A stretch of 64,000 nucleotides of DNA from Thermoanaerobaculia bacterium (GCA_038245905.1 JBBRRY010000002.1:64001-128000); one strand, 5' to 3'; positions 1 to 8,691 are shown, counted from the first letter of the stretch. Program-made: numbers and translations. Notes: a model not told the origin generated them from the sequence alone.

Positions 1-336
1 GGCTCGTCGAAGGGTGCCGTGCGCGAGGCCGTGCGGCGCGCGAACGAACGCGGCCTGAAGGTCGCCGCCTTCGTGCCGCAGATGATCTATCCGTTCCCGA
101 AGAAGGAATTCGAGGCCTTCCTGAAGGGTCTGAAGCGCATCCTCGTCGTCGAGCTCTCGTACGCTGCGCAGTTCCACAAGTACCTCCGCACGTTCCTCGA
201 CCTACCCGCCGATCGCACGCACGTCTACAAGAGGTCGGGCGGCAAGAATCTGACCGTCGCCGAAGTGGACGCGGAGCTCGTCGCGCTCTCTGTCGCCCTC
301 GCGGCCGAGCGCGCCCAGGAAAAGGTGTCCGCATGA
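1..336 (+). CDS. korA: 2-oxoacid:ferredoxin oxidoreductase alpha subunit, C-terminal fragment (truncated by window edge)
   Basis: Open frame from window start with PFOR alpha C-terminal pattern (IYPFP...RILVVELSYAAQF); stop overlaps the beta subunit start (ATGA). Confidence 0.8.
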   Translation, partial: GSSKGAVREAVRRANERGLKVAAFVPQMIYPFPKKEFEAFLKGLKRILVVELSYAAQFHKYLRTFLDLPADRTHVYKRSGGKNLTVAEVDAELVALSVALAAERAQEKVSA

Positions 337-1211
337 GCGAAGCCGTGACCCTTCCCGAATTCAAGCCCGTCGACTACAAGACCGATCTCAAGCCCGTCTG
401 GTGCGCCGGCTGCGGCGACTTCGGCGTCCTGACCGGCCTCTACCGGGCGCTCACCGAGCTGCAGGTGAAGCCATGGGAGACCGTCGTGGTCTCGGGCATC
501 GGCTGCTCGTCGCGCCTTCCCGGTTACGTCGACACGTTCGGCGTGAACAGCCTCCACGGCCGCGCCCTCCCGCTCGCGGCGGGAGTCAAGGTCGCGCGCC
601 CGGACCTCACCGTCATCGCGGTGGGCGGCGACGGCGACGGTCTCGCGATCGGCGGCAACCACTTCATGCACGCCGCGCGGCGAAACCTGGACGTCACGTA
701 CCTCATCATGGACAACGAAATCTACGGCCTCACGAAGGGCCAGGCCGCGCCCACGACCCCCGCCGGCGACAAGACGAAGTCCACGCACTACGGCAACCCC
801 GAGCCCTCGGTCGACCCCTGCGAGCTCGCGATCTCGTTCGGAGCGACGTGGGTCGGGCGGGCCTTCTCGGGCGACCTCAAGGGAACCGTCGAGCTCATGG
901 TGAAAGCCCTTTCGCACAAGGGCTTCGCGTTCCTCAACATCATGTCTCCCTGCGTCACCTGGCGCGGCGACGACCAGTTCAAGGCCCTCAAGGCTAAGCA
1001 GAGGCAGCTTCCCGAGAATCACGACGCCTCGTCGCGCCCGGCGGCGCTCGCATTCACTCGCGAGAAGGAGTTCGTGACGACCGGCGTCCTCTACGACGTC
1101 TCGGAGCCCACGCTCCTCGACCGCCTCGGGACCGTCAAGGTCAACGCGCTCGCGGGCAAGCCGCAGTCGACCGTCCAGGACATCATCAAGAGCTTTCAGC
1201 CGTCGTTCTGA
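333..1211 (+). CDS. korB: 2-oxoacid:ferredoxin oxidoreductase beta subunit (TPP-binding)
   Basis: WCAGCGDF, SGIGCS, GGDGD...MDNEIYGLTKGQ TPP motif, SPCVT. Confidence 0.92.
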   Translation: MSEAVTLPEFKPVDYKTDLKPVWCAGCGDFGVLTGLYRALTELQVKPWETVVVSGIGCSSRLPGYVDTFGVNSLHGRALPLAAGVKVARPDLTVIAVGGDGDGLAIGGNHFMHAARRNLDVTYLIMDNEIYGLTKGQAAPTTPAGDKTKSTHYGNPEPSVDPCELAISFGATWVGRAFSGDLKGTVELMVKALSHKGFAFLNIMSPCVTWRGDDQFKALKAKQRQLPENHDASSRPAALAFTREKEFVTTGVLYDVSEPTLLDRLGTVKVNALAGKPQSTVQDIIKSFQPSF

Positions 1212-1233
1212 CGGCTTTCGTCCACGGGACTTC

Positions 1234-1262
1234 GGGCCGCGCTCGCGCGGCCCTTTTTCTTT
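1234..1262 (+). terminator. Rho-independent terminator after korB
   Basis: GGGCCGCGC-TC-GCGCGGCCC inverted repeat followed by TTTTTCTTT. Confidence 0.8.
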
Positions 1263-1273
1263 CCGCTATCCCC

Positions 1274-1717
1274 TCATGCCGGGATCAATTCGAGGGTTCC
1301 GCGCTCCGCTTCGATCACGGCCGCGACGGGAATACCCCGGTCGAACGTGGCGAGTCTCCCCTTCCTGCTCGTTGTAAGACCCAGTAGGTAGACGTCCGTC
1401 AGCTTCTGATGAGACACGGGCGCGGTCCACCTGAAAAGACCGGGATCGCGAAGCGAGACTTCGTCCGGCCAGAAGACGTGCCCGCCGCTCGCGCAGAATT
1501 CGCCTAGGCGGCGGACGATTGCTCCCCGCGTCTCGGGGCTGGCCATGTAGGCCGGGTTCGAGAGAATCCGCACGAGTCCGTTCTCGGTGATCGGACAGGT
1601 GGCCCAGCCACTCTCGCGGTTTTCGCCAAACCACCGGTGAGCGGCTTCGTGGTGCACGTGATCCGGATCGAACAGAGCGACGAGGACGTTGACGTCGAGG
1701 AGGGCGACGCGCGTCAC
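1274..1717 (-). CDS. vapC: VapC-family PIN-domain toxin
   Basis: LLDVNVLVAL, CPITENG, LTDVYLL, LATFDRG: PIN acidic residues; start overlaps the antitoxin stop. Confidence 0.88.
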   Translation of the reverse strand: MTRVALLDVNVLVALFDPDHVHHEAAHRWFGENRESGWATCPITENGLVRILSNPAYMASPETRGAIVRRLGEFCASGGHVFWPDEVSLRDPGLFRWTAPVSHQKLTDVYLLGLTTSRKGRLATFDRGIPVAAVIEAERGTLELIPA

Positions 1718-1941
1718 GCCTCGTCCCGGAGCCTGTTGACGAGAGCCATCGTCGGGCGAACGCTCCCCTTCGGCCGGCGCGGAATCAGCGGAACACCGTT
1801 GCGCACCCGCGGCGCTTTTCCCGGCTCGAGCGCTTTCCGCGCCAAGTCCGACAGAACCCGGCCAGCTGTGGTCGAGCGGTTGGCCGCGATTTCCTTCGCC
1901 GCCTGCAGGACATCGTCGTCGATCTCGAGTGTCGTCCTCAC
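1714..1941 (-). CDS. vapB: VapB-type (ribbon-helix-helix/CopG-like) antitoxin
   Basis: MRTTLEIDDDVLQAAKE...RNGVPL, typical of partners of this VapC type; GTG start at 1941 inferred from the promoter position. Confidence 0.82.
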   Translation of the reverse strand: MRTTLEIDDDVLQAAKEIAANRSTTAGRVLSDLARKALEPGKAPRVRNGVPLIPRRPKGSVRPTMALVNRLRDEA

Positions 1942-1976
1942 GCGGACATCATCACGCATCACGCATCAGATGTCAA
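1942..1976 (-). promoter_or_regulatory. vapBC promoter with putative autoregulatory TGATG direct repeats
   Basis: Minus strand reads TTGACA-17 nt-GATGAT-6 nt-GTG; the spacer carries TGATGCG-TGATGCG-TGATG repeats. Confidence 0.65.
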
Positions 1977-1994
1977 ACGCGAGAGCAAAGTTCC

Positions 1995-3509
1995 TCAGCG
2001 TCCTCGCATCTCGTAGACGAAGCCCATGCCGGGCGTCTTCCTTGCCTCGAGGTCTGCGCGGAAGACGCGGGCTGCGTCCACGTCGGGGAACTCGCCCACG
2101 ACGACTCGATACCAGACGCCCTTCTCCCCGAGATCCACTTCGACCGCGCGCGCGGGCGACCCCAACGCCGCGCCGAGCTTCAGGGCTTCCTTCGCCGCGC
2201 TGTCGCGGTCTTTCGTCGAAGAGAAGTGAATGACGTAGACAGCCGACTTTCCGGACCAGTCGGGCGTCAGGAGAACGGCCGCCTTTCCCCGCGGCACCTC
2301 GGGCGCGGGCTTTGCCGAAGGAGCCGCTGGCTTTGCCGCTAGAGCCACGGGCTTCGCAGCCACGGCCGGCGCGGCCGTCGGGACCGCGACGGGCACCGGA
2401 ACTGTTACAGGGGCCGGCTCGGGTTTCTTGCGCGCGACGAGCGGTGTCGGCTTCACGATCTCGTTCTTGAAGACGTACTCCCGGACGGCCCACGCGAGGC
2501 CAGCCCCGACCGCGAGGACGAGCCCAACGGCCACGAGCCAGCCTCTCCCGCTCGAACGACGGGGCGGCGGGGGGAGAGGATCGGCCGCCTTGAAGTGGAA
2601 TTCCTCCATCGCCGGCTGCGTGTTGTCCTCGAGCAGCTCGGCGAGGCGCGGCGTCTCGGGCGCGGACCTTGCCGCCGGCTCGTGAGGAGGCACGAGCGGG
2701 ATCGACGGGGCGGACGCGACGGCGGGGCGGGGAAGGGGTTTCGGAGCCTCGGTGAGAAGGTCGTCGAGGTTCTCGTCTGTGAGTCTGGGGCGCGGCTCGC
2801 CGAATGGCAGAGTCCCGCTCTCGGCGGGCGCTTTCGATTCGGGTGCGTACGTGAGCGGTGGCGAGTAGCTGACGGGCGGTGGCGCGCCGGCTGGAGGCGC
2901 AGGCGTAACCGCCGGCGGCCGCGGCGGGCCGGACGAAGTCTCCGGCGCGTACGCGAGGGGCGCGGGCGCCGGCACCCGGTCGCGCTCGGGCTCGATCAGC
3001 ACAGAGATCTCGAGAGGACCGCGCGATCTGCGCGGGATCGGCAGGATCGCCGACCGGAACGGCGCGTCGTCGGGCTGAATCGGCAGGTCTTTTTCCCAGT
3101 TCAGATCCGAACGGGAGGCCAGATCCTGGAAGGGATCGTCGGCCGCCGCCGGCTTCGCGGGCGGCTGCGGATGCTGCGTCGTCGGCGATCCCGGCGCCTC
3201 GCGCGCGGGCGCCGGCCGGGCGGGAAAAATGGGCATGGGCGGCGGCTCGGGCTCCGAAACGGGAATCCCCGACCCGTCCCGCTCGAGCTGGAGGCGTGCC
3301 CGCCGTGCGAGCACGTCGAGCGGCGCCGCCTCGAATCCCTGCTTCACCTTCGCCAGCTCCTCGGCGACCACGCTCCGCGCCGCCTTGAACAGCACGGCCG
3401 GATCCGCCGAAACGGTCTTGGCAAGCTCGCGCACGACGTCCGTCACTGACGGAAGCATTCTCTTCCTGGGCTCTGGATCGCGCGGAAAACCTGTGTCGAG
3501 CGGACTCAT
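1995..3509 (-). CDS. Bitopic SPOR-domain protein (cytoplasmic helical N-terminus, long Pro-rich linker, one TM helix, C-terminal SPOR)
   Basis: ATG at 3509 overlaps the actin stop (ATGA); TM WLVAVGLVLAVGAGLAWAV; C-terminus YVIHFSS...A...GVWYRVVVGEF...A matches the SPOR pattern. Confidence 0.8.
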   Translation of the reverse strand: MSPLDTGFPRDPEPRKRMLPSVTDVVRELAKTVSADPAVLFKAARSVVAEELAKVKQGFEAAPLDVLARRARLQLERDGSGIPVSEPEPPPMPIFPARPAPAREAPGSPTTQHPQPPAKPAAADDPFQDLASRSDLNWEKDLPIQPDDAPFRSAILPIPRRSRGPLEISVLIEPERDRVPAPAPLAYAPETSSGPPRPPAVTPAPPAGAPPPVSYSPPLTYAPESKAPAESGTLPFGEPRPRLTDENLDDLLTEAPKPLPRPAVASAPSIPLVPPHEPAARSAPETPRLAELLEDNTQPAMEEFHFKAADPLPPPPRRSSGRGWLVAVGLVLAVGAGLAWAVREYVFKNEIVKPTPLVARKKPEPAPVTVPVPVAVPTAAPAVAAKPVALAAKPAAPSAKPAPEVPRGKAAVLLTPDWSGKSAVYVIHFSSTKDRDSAAKEALKLGAALGSPARAVEVDLGEKGVWYRVVVGEFPDVDAARVFRADLEARKTPGMGFVYEMRGR

Positions 3510-4525
3510 GCCGACAGCGGCTCCCAGTCTCCTTCGGGCGCGTCCAGCGCGATGGCAAGGCCGCCATTCGAGCCCGCGAAGACCGGATCGTCCACGGTGC
3601 GCACCCGGCCCCCGCCGAGCTCGGAAAGCGTCTTCTCGAGCGCGGCCGCGAAACCGGGCAGCTGCGAGCCGCCGCCCGCGAGGACGATGCTGTGCTGCAC
3701 CTTTTCCTGGTATTCCGGCTCGACCTTGGAGAGGAGGTCGAGCATCGTCTCGGCGATGGGCCCGACGATGCTCTCGCAGGCCTTCTTCATCTCGGCCGTA
3801 ATGTCGACGTCCGCCGGCTTCCCCTTCACGGGGAACCGCACGACGACCGGACCCGGCGGGCTCCCGACGAAGCTGTGCTTCTCCTTCCACTCGCGCACCA
3901 TGTGAACCGAGATACGACCGTCGGGGTTCTTCGCCTTGACGAGCATCATGAGCTGCTCGTCGACGGAGTCTCCCGCGTGCGTGAGCGTTCGCTGGTCGTC
4001 GTCGGTCGGGTAGCGGCCGTTCATGACGCAGAAGTCCGTCGTGCCCGCGCCGATGTCGATGATCATGGTGTGAAGCAGCGCGTCCATTCCGTATGCCACG
4101 GCGAACGGCTCGGACACGATGAGCAGGGCGTCCGCGATCCCCTTCACCGCCGCGCGCAGGTGCTGCCTCGAGACGCGCAGCGCCTCGGCCGGCACGCCGA
4201 CGACGGCCTGCACGGCCTGGCCTTCCTTCCGGCCGGCCAGCGAGATGAGGTGCTTCAGAAGCTCGTGCACGGCCTCCTCGTCCTTCACGGAGCCCTGCTT
4301 GATGAGACCGCGCTCGAGCGGGCGGTGCAGGTCGAGCATGGGCCGGTTCTCGAGCGCCTCGGCGCCAAAGAGGATCGGCTTTTTCACGACCTTGCGGGCC
4401 ACCATGTCCAGGGGCCAGCCCACGTAACTCTCCACGACGTGATGCGCGCCGTTCGAGGCCGTGATCGCGCTCCGCGACGTGCCGAGGTCGATCCCGACGT
4501 GGAGAACATCCTTCTTCCCGCTCAT
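3506..4525 (-). CDS. MamK-like bacterial actin (MreB/MamK superfamily)
   Basis: Actin motifs GIDLGTS, VSEPFAVAYG, DIGAGTTD, LAGGGS; blocks such as VVGVPA, KEKHSFVG, EPEYQ, DPVF resemble MamK more than MreB (from memory). GGAG RBS before ATG 4525. Confidence 0.85.
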   Translation of the reverse strand: MSGKKDVLHVGIDLGTSRSAITASNGAHHVVESYVGWPLDMVARKVVKKPILFGAEALENRPMLDLHRPLERGLIKQGSVKDEEAVHELLKHLISLAGRKEGQAVQAVVGVPAEALRVSRQHLRAAVKGIADALLIVSEPFAVAYGMDALLHTMIIDIGAGTTDFCVMNGRYPTDDDQRTLTHAGDSVDEQLMMLVKAKNPDGRISVHMVREWKEKHSFVGSPPGPVVVRFPVKGKPADVDITAEMKKACESIVGPIAETMLDLLSKVEPEYQEKVQHSIVLAGGGSQLPGFAAALEKTLSELGGGRVRTVDDPVFAGSNGGLAIALDAPEGDWEPLSA

Positions 4526-4526
4526 G

Positions 4527-5519
4527 TCAACTCCGATTGGAGGGCGGATGGTTCCGCGCCTCCGCGTACGCGAGGATTCCGTTCGAAAGCGCCCGTGCGA
4601 TCTGCTGACGATACCCGGGTTCCCGGAGATGACGCGCCTCTTCGTCGTTCGACACGGTCGAGACCTCCGCGAGAATGCCCGGCATCTCCGTTGCGATGAG
4701 GACGACGAACGGCGCGCTCCGGACACCGCGGTCCTGGAGCCGGGGCACGAAGGGCCGGAGCGAGGTCACGAGGCCGCCCTGAACGGACTCGGCGAACTTC
4801 CGGGATTCGCCCTGACGGGCGTCCGCGAGGACTCCCTCGAGAAGGCGCCGGAAGTCGGCCATCGTGTAGCCCGAGGAGCGGTTCTCGTCTCCCGCGAGCT
4901 GCTGCACGTGAGGATCGGTCGTGGTGCCGAGAAAATACGTCTCGACGCCGCGCTTGTCCTTCACCGAGGGGAGCGAGTTCACGTGAATCGAGACGAAGAG
5001 ATCGGACTTCCTCGCGTTCGCGAAGGCCACGCGATCCTTCAACGACAGGGTCGCATCCGCCTCGCGGGTCAGCGACACGGCGATCTTCTGGGCGACGAGA
5101 AGGTCCCGAAGGCGGCGCGCCACGTCGAGCGTCACGTCCTTTTCGGCGATGCCGGAGGCCGTCGCGCCCGGATCCGCCCCGCCATGCCCCGGGTCGATGA
5201 CGACGGAGCGCACTTCGAGACGGAAGAGCGAAGGCTCGAGGCCGTTCGGCGCGTTGATGACACTTGCGGGCGCCGCAGGCGCCGCGGACGGAGACGACAC
5301 GACGAGAACGTCCGTGCGCTCGCCGCGCCCCGTGGTCAGGGCGTTGATGGAGAGGAACAGAGCCAACGGCACGACGATGAAAATGGACGTCCGAAACAGT
5401 ATGCGGCGCACGCGGTCCGAGCGCCGGAGGCCCTTGGGAAGCCGCCCTTCGATGACGTCCACGTTCTCGCGGATCGCGTCCTTGAGGATTGACTGCCGGA
5501 GTCGGTTCACGTTGGCCAT
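4527..5519 (-). CDS. N-acetylmuramoyl-L-alanine amidase (Amidase_3) with N-terminal cytoplasmic tail and TM anchor
   Basis: IDPGHGG, EKDVTL, FVSIHVNS, LAEV zinc/catalytic motifs; hydrophobic segment IFIVVPLALFLSI after a basic tail of about 40 aa. Confidence 0.9.
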   Translation of the reverse strand: MANVNRLRQSILKDAIRENVDVIEGRLPKGLRRSDRVRRILFRTSIFIVVPLALFLSINALTTGRGERTDVLVVSSPSAAPAAPASVINAPNGLEPSLFRLEVRSVVIDPGHGGADPGATASGIAEKDVTLDVARRLRDLLVAQKIAVSLTREADATLSLKDRVAFANARKSDLFVSIHVNSLPSVKDKRGVETYFLGTTTDPHVQQLAGDENRSSGYTMADFRRLLEGVLADARQGESRKFAESVQGGLVTSLRPFVPRLQDRGVRSAPFVVLIATEMPGILAEVSTVSNDEEARHLREPGYRQQIARALSNGILAYAEARNHPPSNRS

Positions 5520-6295
5520 GAATGTCCCAAAAAGGGTAGCACCTGACCGCTCTTCGACTGGAGGAGCCAGCGTGTCGCGGGGTGCTGGGGGTCCTTCAGG
5601 ACCTTCGCGGGCGGACCTTCCTCGACGACGACGCCGTCCGCGAGAATGACGACCCGCGTGGCGAAATCGAGCACGAAGTCGTCGTCGTGCGTCGCGACGA
5701 CGAGCGTCCTGCCGTCCTTCTCCACGAGCGCCGCCAGCGTTCGTCCCAGCTCGTTGCGGCGCGCCGGATCGAGGGAGGCCGTCGGCTCGTCCATCAGAAG
5801 GAGAGGCGGCTCCATCGCGAGCGTGCGCGCGATCGAGACGCGCTGAGCTTCCCCGCCCGAGAGCTCGCGCGGCAGCGCGCGCGCGTGCCGCTCGACTCCG
5901 AGGGACGCGAGCAGCGCGAGCGCCCGCTCTTCGGCGGCACCTCTCGCGAGCCTGGCGACATGCAAGGGAGCGAGCGTCACGTTGTCGAGGACCGAGAGGT
6001 GCTCGAAGAGGCCGTGGTACTGGAAGACCATCCCGACGCGCGTACGCAGCGACCGAAGCGTCTCCGCGGAGGGCGGCGGCCCGGGCTTGAGCGCGACGCC
6101 GCCCACATCCACCGACCCCGCGTCGAATCCCTCGAGGCCGACGACTGCCCGAAGGACGGTCGTCTTTCCGCCGCCCGAGAGCCCCATGAGCGCGAGAAGC
6201 TCACCGCGCGCGACGGAAAGCGTCACGCCGTTCAAGACGCCGGCCGCGCCCCGCGAGAGGCATAGACCGTCGATCGCGAGGACGGATGCGTTCAC
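5507..6295 (-). CDS. Polar amino acid ABC transporter ATP-binding protein
   Basis: GLSGGGKT, LSGGE, LLMDEPT, ATHD. Confidence 0.9.
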   Translation of the reverse strand: MNASVLAIDGLCLSRGAAGVLNGVTLSVARGELLALMGLSGGGKTTVLRAVVGLEGFDAGSVDVGGVALKPGPPPSAETLRSLRTRVGMVFQYHGLFEHLSVLDNVTLAPLHVARLARGAAEERALALLASLGVERHARALPRELSGGEAQRVSIARTLAMEPPLLLMDEPTASLDPARRNELGRTLAALVEKDGRTLVVATHDDDFVLDFATRVVILADGVVVEEGPPAKVLKDPQHPATRWLLQSKSGQVLPFLGHSWPT

Positions 6296-7840
6296 CTATG
6301 AGGCCGCCTTCCAACGTCCCTCGAGTCGTCGCGCGAGGCGCGCGAGAGGGATCGACATCGCGAGATACAGGCCCGCGCACAAGGCGCCGGGGACAGCCCA
6401 GCTCGCGATGTTCGTCGCGAAGATGGCCGTCTGCTTCGTGAGCTCGACGACTGTCACGACGGAAACGAGCGACGAGTCCTTCAGGAGAGCGACGAAGTCG
6501 TTCGTCATGGGAGCGAGCGCGAGCCGGAAGGCCTGCGGCCCGCGAACGAGGCGGAGGACTTGCCCCTCCGTGAGGCCGAGCGTCCGCGCGGCCTCGAGCT
6601 GTCCCTTCGGCACGGCCTCGAGCGCGCCCCGGTAGATCTCGCTCTCGTACGCGGCGTAGTTCAGCCCGAGGCCGAGAAGCGCCGCGACGAACGCGGGCAG
6701 GCGCACGACGGACGAGAGCCCGTAGTAGAGGACGAAGAGCTGGAGGAGAACCGGCGTCCCGCGCGTGATCTCGACGTAGGCCGTCAGGAGCAGGCGGACC
6801 GGCGCGTTCCCGTAGACGCGCCCGCTCGCGATCGCGACGCCGAGGGCGACCGCCAGCGCCATCGCGAGGCACGAAAGCGAGATCGTCACGAAGGCGGCCT
6901 TCAGCAGAGAAGGGAGATAGGAGATGACGAGGGAAAGAGATGAAGAAGAGAAGATCTTCTTAGAAGGTGAAGAAGGCAACGGGAGCTTCTCGCCCGCCCG
7001 AAGCGTTTCAGCGGCGCCTGCAGCCTCTTTACCATTCAAAGAAATCTCTCTCTTCTCTTCCTCTCTTTTCTCAAATGCCGCCTGCTGGTCGTCCCAGACA
7101 TTCCACTTCTCGAAGATCCTTCGCAGCGTCCCGTCCTTCATCGCCGCGACGAGAATTGCGTCGATGCCGTCGCGGAGCGCCGCGTTCTTCTTCGAGAGGA
7201 CGCCGACGTACCACCCCGTCGAGGCGGTGCCGGGCTGGATCGCGATTCCCGCGACGCGGCGCACCGAGCGCGCCGCGAGGACGTGGTCGAGGAGGACGGC
7301 GTCGAGGCGGCCGTTCGCGAGGTCCTCGTATGGATGGACGTCGTCGTCGTAGGAGACCGGGAGGATCCCGTCCGTCTTCCCGGCCGCGACGAGCAAGTCC
7401 CATGCGATCGTCCCCGCGAGCGTGCCAACCCTCCGGCCACGGAGTTCCGCGAGCGTGCGTAAGCGCGAAACGTCGGCCTCTCGCACCGTGAGGACCTCGC
7501 GAAACTCGAAGTACGGGGCCGTGACAGAGAGTGAGGCGCGCCGCTGGGGGGTGTCTTCGATTCCCGAGAAGCCGATGTCGAAGTCGCCGCGCGCGGCCGA
7601 CTGGTCCAGCGACTGAAATGCGACCTGGACGAAAACAGATGTTCTCCCGAGACGTCTTGCGACGAGATTCGCGATCTCTACGTCGAAACCGCGCACCTTC
7701 GAGGGATCGGCCGGGTCGGCTTCGACAAAGGGCGCGCCCCCTTCCGCGTCGCCGCCCCAGCGGAGCACGAGCGGATCCGGCACGGCCGCGCGCGCCGCGC
7801 CGGGGAGCAGGAGGATCCCGGCGAGGACGGCCCGGATCAA
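6296..7840 (-). CDS. Fused amino acid ABC transporter substrate-binding protein/permease
   Basis: SBP_bac_3-like N-half (GFDVEIA, LANGRLDAV) and HisM-type permease C-half (RGTPVLLQLF, EAARTLG, LLKDSSLVS). TTG start at 7840 inferred from overlap with the psd stop. Confidence 0.85.
   Translation of the reverse strand: MIRAVLAGILLLPGAARAAVPDPLVLRWGGDAEGGAPFVEADPADPSKVRGFDVEIANLVARRLGRTSVFVQVAFQSLDQSAARGDFDIGFSGIEDTPQRRASLSVTAPYFEFREVLTVREADVSRLRTLAELRGRRVGTLAGTIAWDLLVAAGKTDGILPVSYDDDVHPYEDLANGRLDAVLLDHVLAARSVRRVAGIAIQPGTASTGWYVGVLSKKNAALRDGIDAILVAAMKDGTLRRIFEKWNVWDDQQAAFEKREEEKREISLNGKEAAGAAETLRAGEKLPLPSSPSKKIFSSSSLSLVISYLPSLLKAAFVTISLSCLAMALAVALGVAIASGRVYGNAPVRLLLTAYVEITRGTPVLLQLFVLYYGLSSVVRLPAFVAALLGLGLNYAAYESEIYRGALEAVPKGQLEAARTLGLTEGQVLRLVRGPQAFRLALAPMTNDFVALLKDSSLVSVVTVVELTKQTAIFATNIASWAVPGALCAGLYLAMSIPLARLARRLEGRWKAAS
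6931..7075. repeat. Intragenic AT-rich inverted motif pair, copy A
   Basis: GAAGATCTTCTTAGAAGG (6950-6967) and CCATTCAAAGAAATCTC (7032-7048), flanked by purine and pyrimidine tracts. Confidence 0.6.
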
Positions 7841-8691
7841 GACGACAGGCTCCCGAGCCGCTCCCCCATCTTCACGGGCCCGAGGCCGCGCGCCGGATTC
7901 CACTCCACGGCTCTCGGCCCGCCGACGAGCAAAACGACGGTCGATCCGAGCTCGAAGACGCCGAGATCGTCGCCCGGCGCGCACGCAACGGAGGCGACCT
8001 CGAGGCGGCCGCGCCGCGGCAGCGCGCGCCCCGCGAGCCAACGCGGGTCGATCACGACGCCGCCCACGTGCGTCGCCGCGACCATGACAGCGGCCACGAC
8101 GAGTCCTTCGGCCTCCCGGACGCCACGCGCAATCCAGTAGGCGCGCCGGTTCCTCACGTAGAGCCGCGGCGTCGCGGCCGTGGAGGCCGCGTTGACAGGC
8201 CAGAGCTCCCCTTCCACGCGTCCGACCGCGACGCACGCTCCCGAGAGCGGGACGTGAATGCGGTGGTAGTCCTTCGGGGCGAGATACAGCGCCAGGTAGC
8301 GGGCGCTGGTGAACTCGGATGCGCAGGCGTCGTCGTCGAGGAGCTCGGCGAGGCGGTACGGCAGGCCTTTGGCCTGGATGAGCGTGCCCTCCTCAACCCG
8401 CCCCTCGGCGATCACGAGCCCGTCGATCGGCGAATTGATTCCGCCCGCCACGACGGGCGCTTGCGGCCTCAGACCCGGCCTCAGCCGCCGCGTGAAGAAA
8501 TCGAGAAACGACACGTAGGTGCCGAGATCCTTCTCCGCTTCGTCGAGGTTCGCGCCGAATGCGGCCGCGAACCGGCCGAGGAGCGGGCGGCGCAAGCGCA
8601 CGGGGAGGCGCAGCCGGGCGAGCGCTCCCACCGCGAGAGAGCCTGCCTTCTTGGGATAGAGCCGAAGGAGGCGGAGATCCGCTACGTCCAT
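7837..8691 (-). CDS. psd: Phosphatidylserine decarboxylase proenzyme
   Basis: DFFTRRL, SPIDG, QAKG, YLAPKDYHRIH, and the LGST autocleavage site. Confidence 0.9.
   Translation of the reverse strand: MDVADLRLLRLYPKKAGSLAVGALARLRLPVRLRRPLLGRFAAAFGANLDEAEKDLGTYVSFLDFFTRRLRPGLRPQAPVVAGGINSPIDGLVIAEGRVEEGTLIQAKGLPYRLAELLDDDACASEFTSARYLALYLAPKDYHRIHVPLSGACVAVGRVEGELWPVNAASTAATPRLYVRNRRAYWIARGVREAEGLVVAAVMVAATHVGGVVIDPRWLAGRALPRRGRLEVASVACAPGDDLGVFELGSTVVLLVGGPRAVEWNPARGLGPVKMGERLGSLSS

Noticed and set aside
3506-4525. Magnetosome island
   Set aside because: Only the actin is MamK-like; no mamA/B/E/I/M/O/P/Q, feoB or magnetochrome genes appear in the 64 kb.
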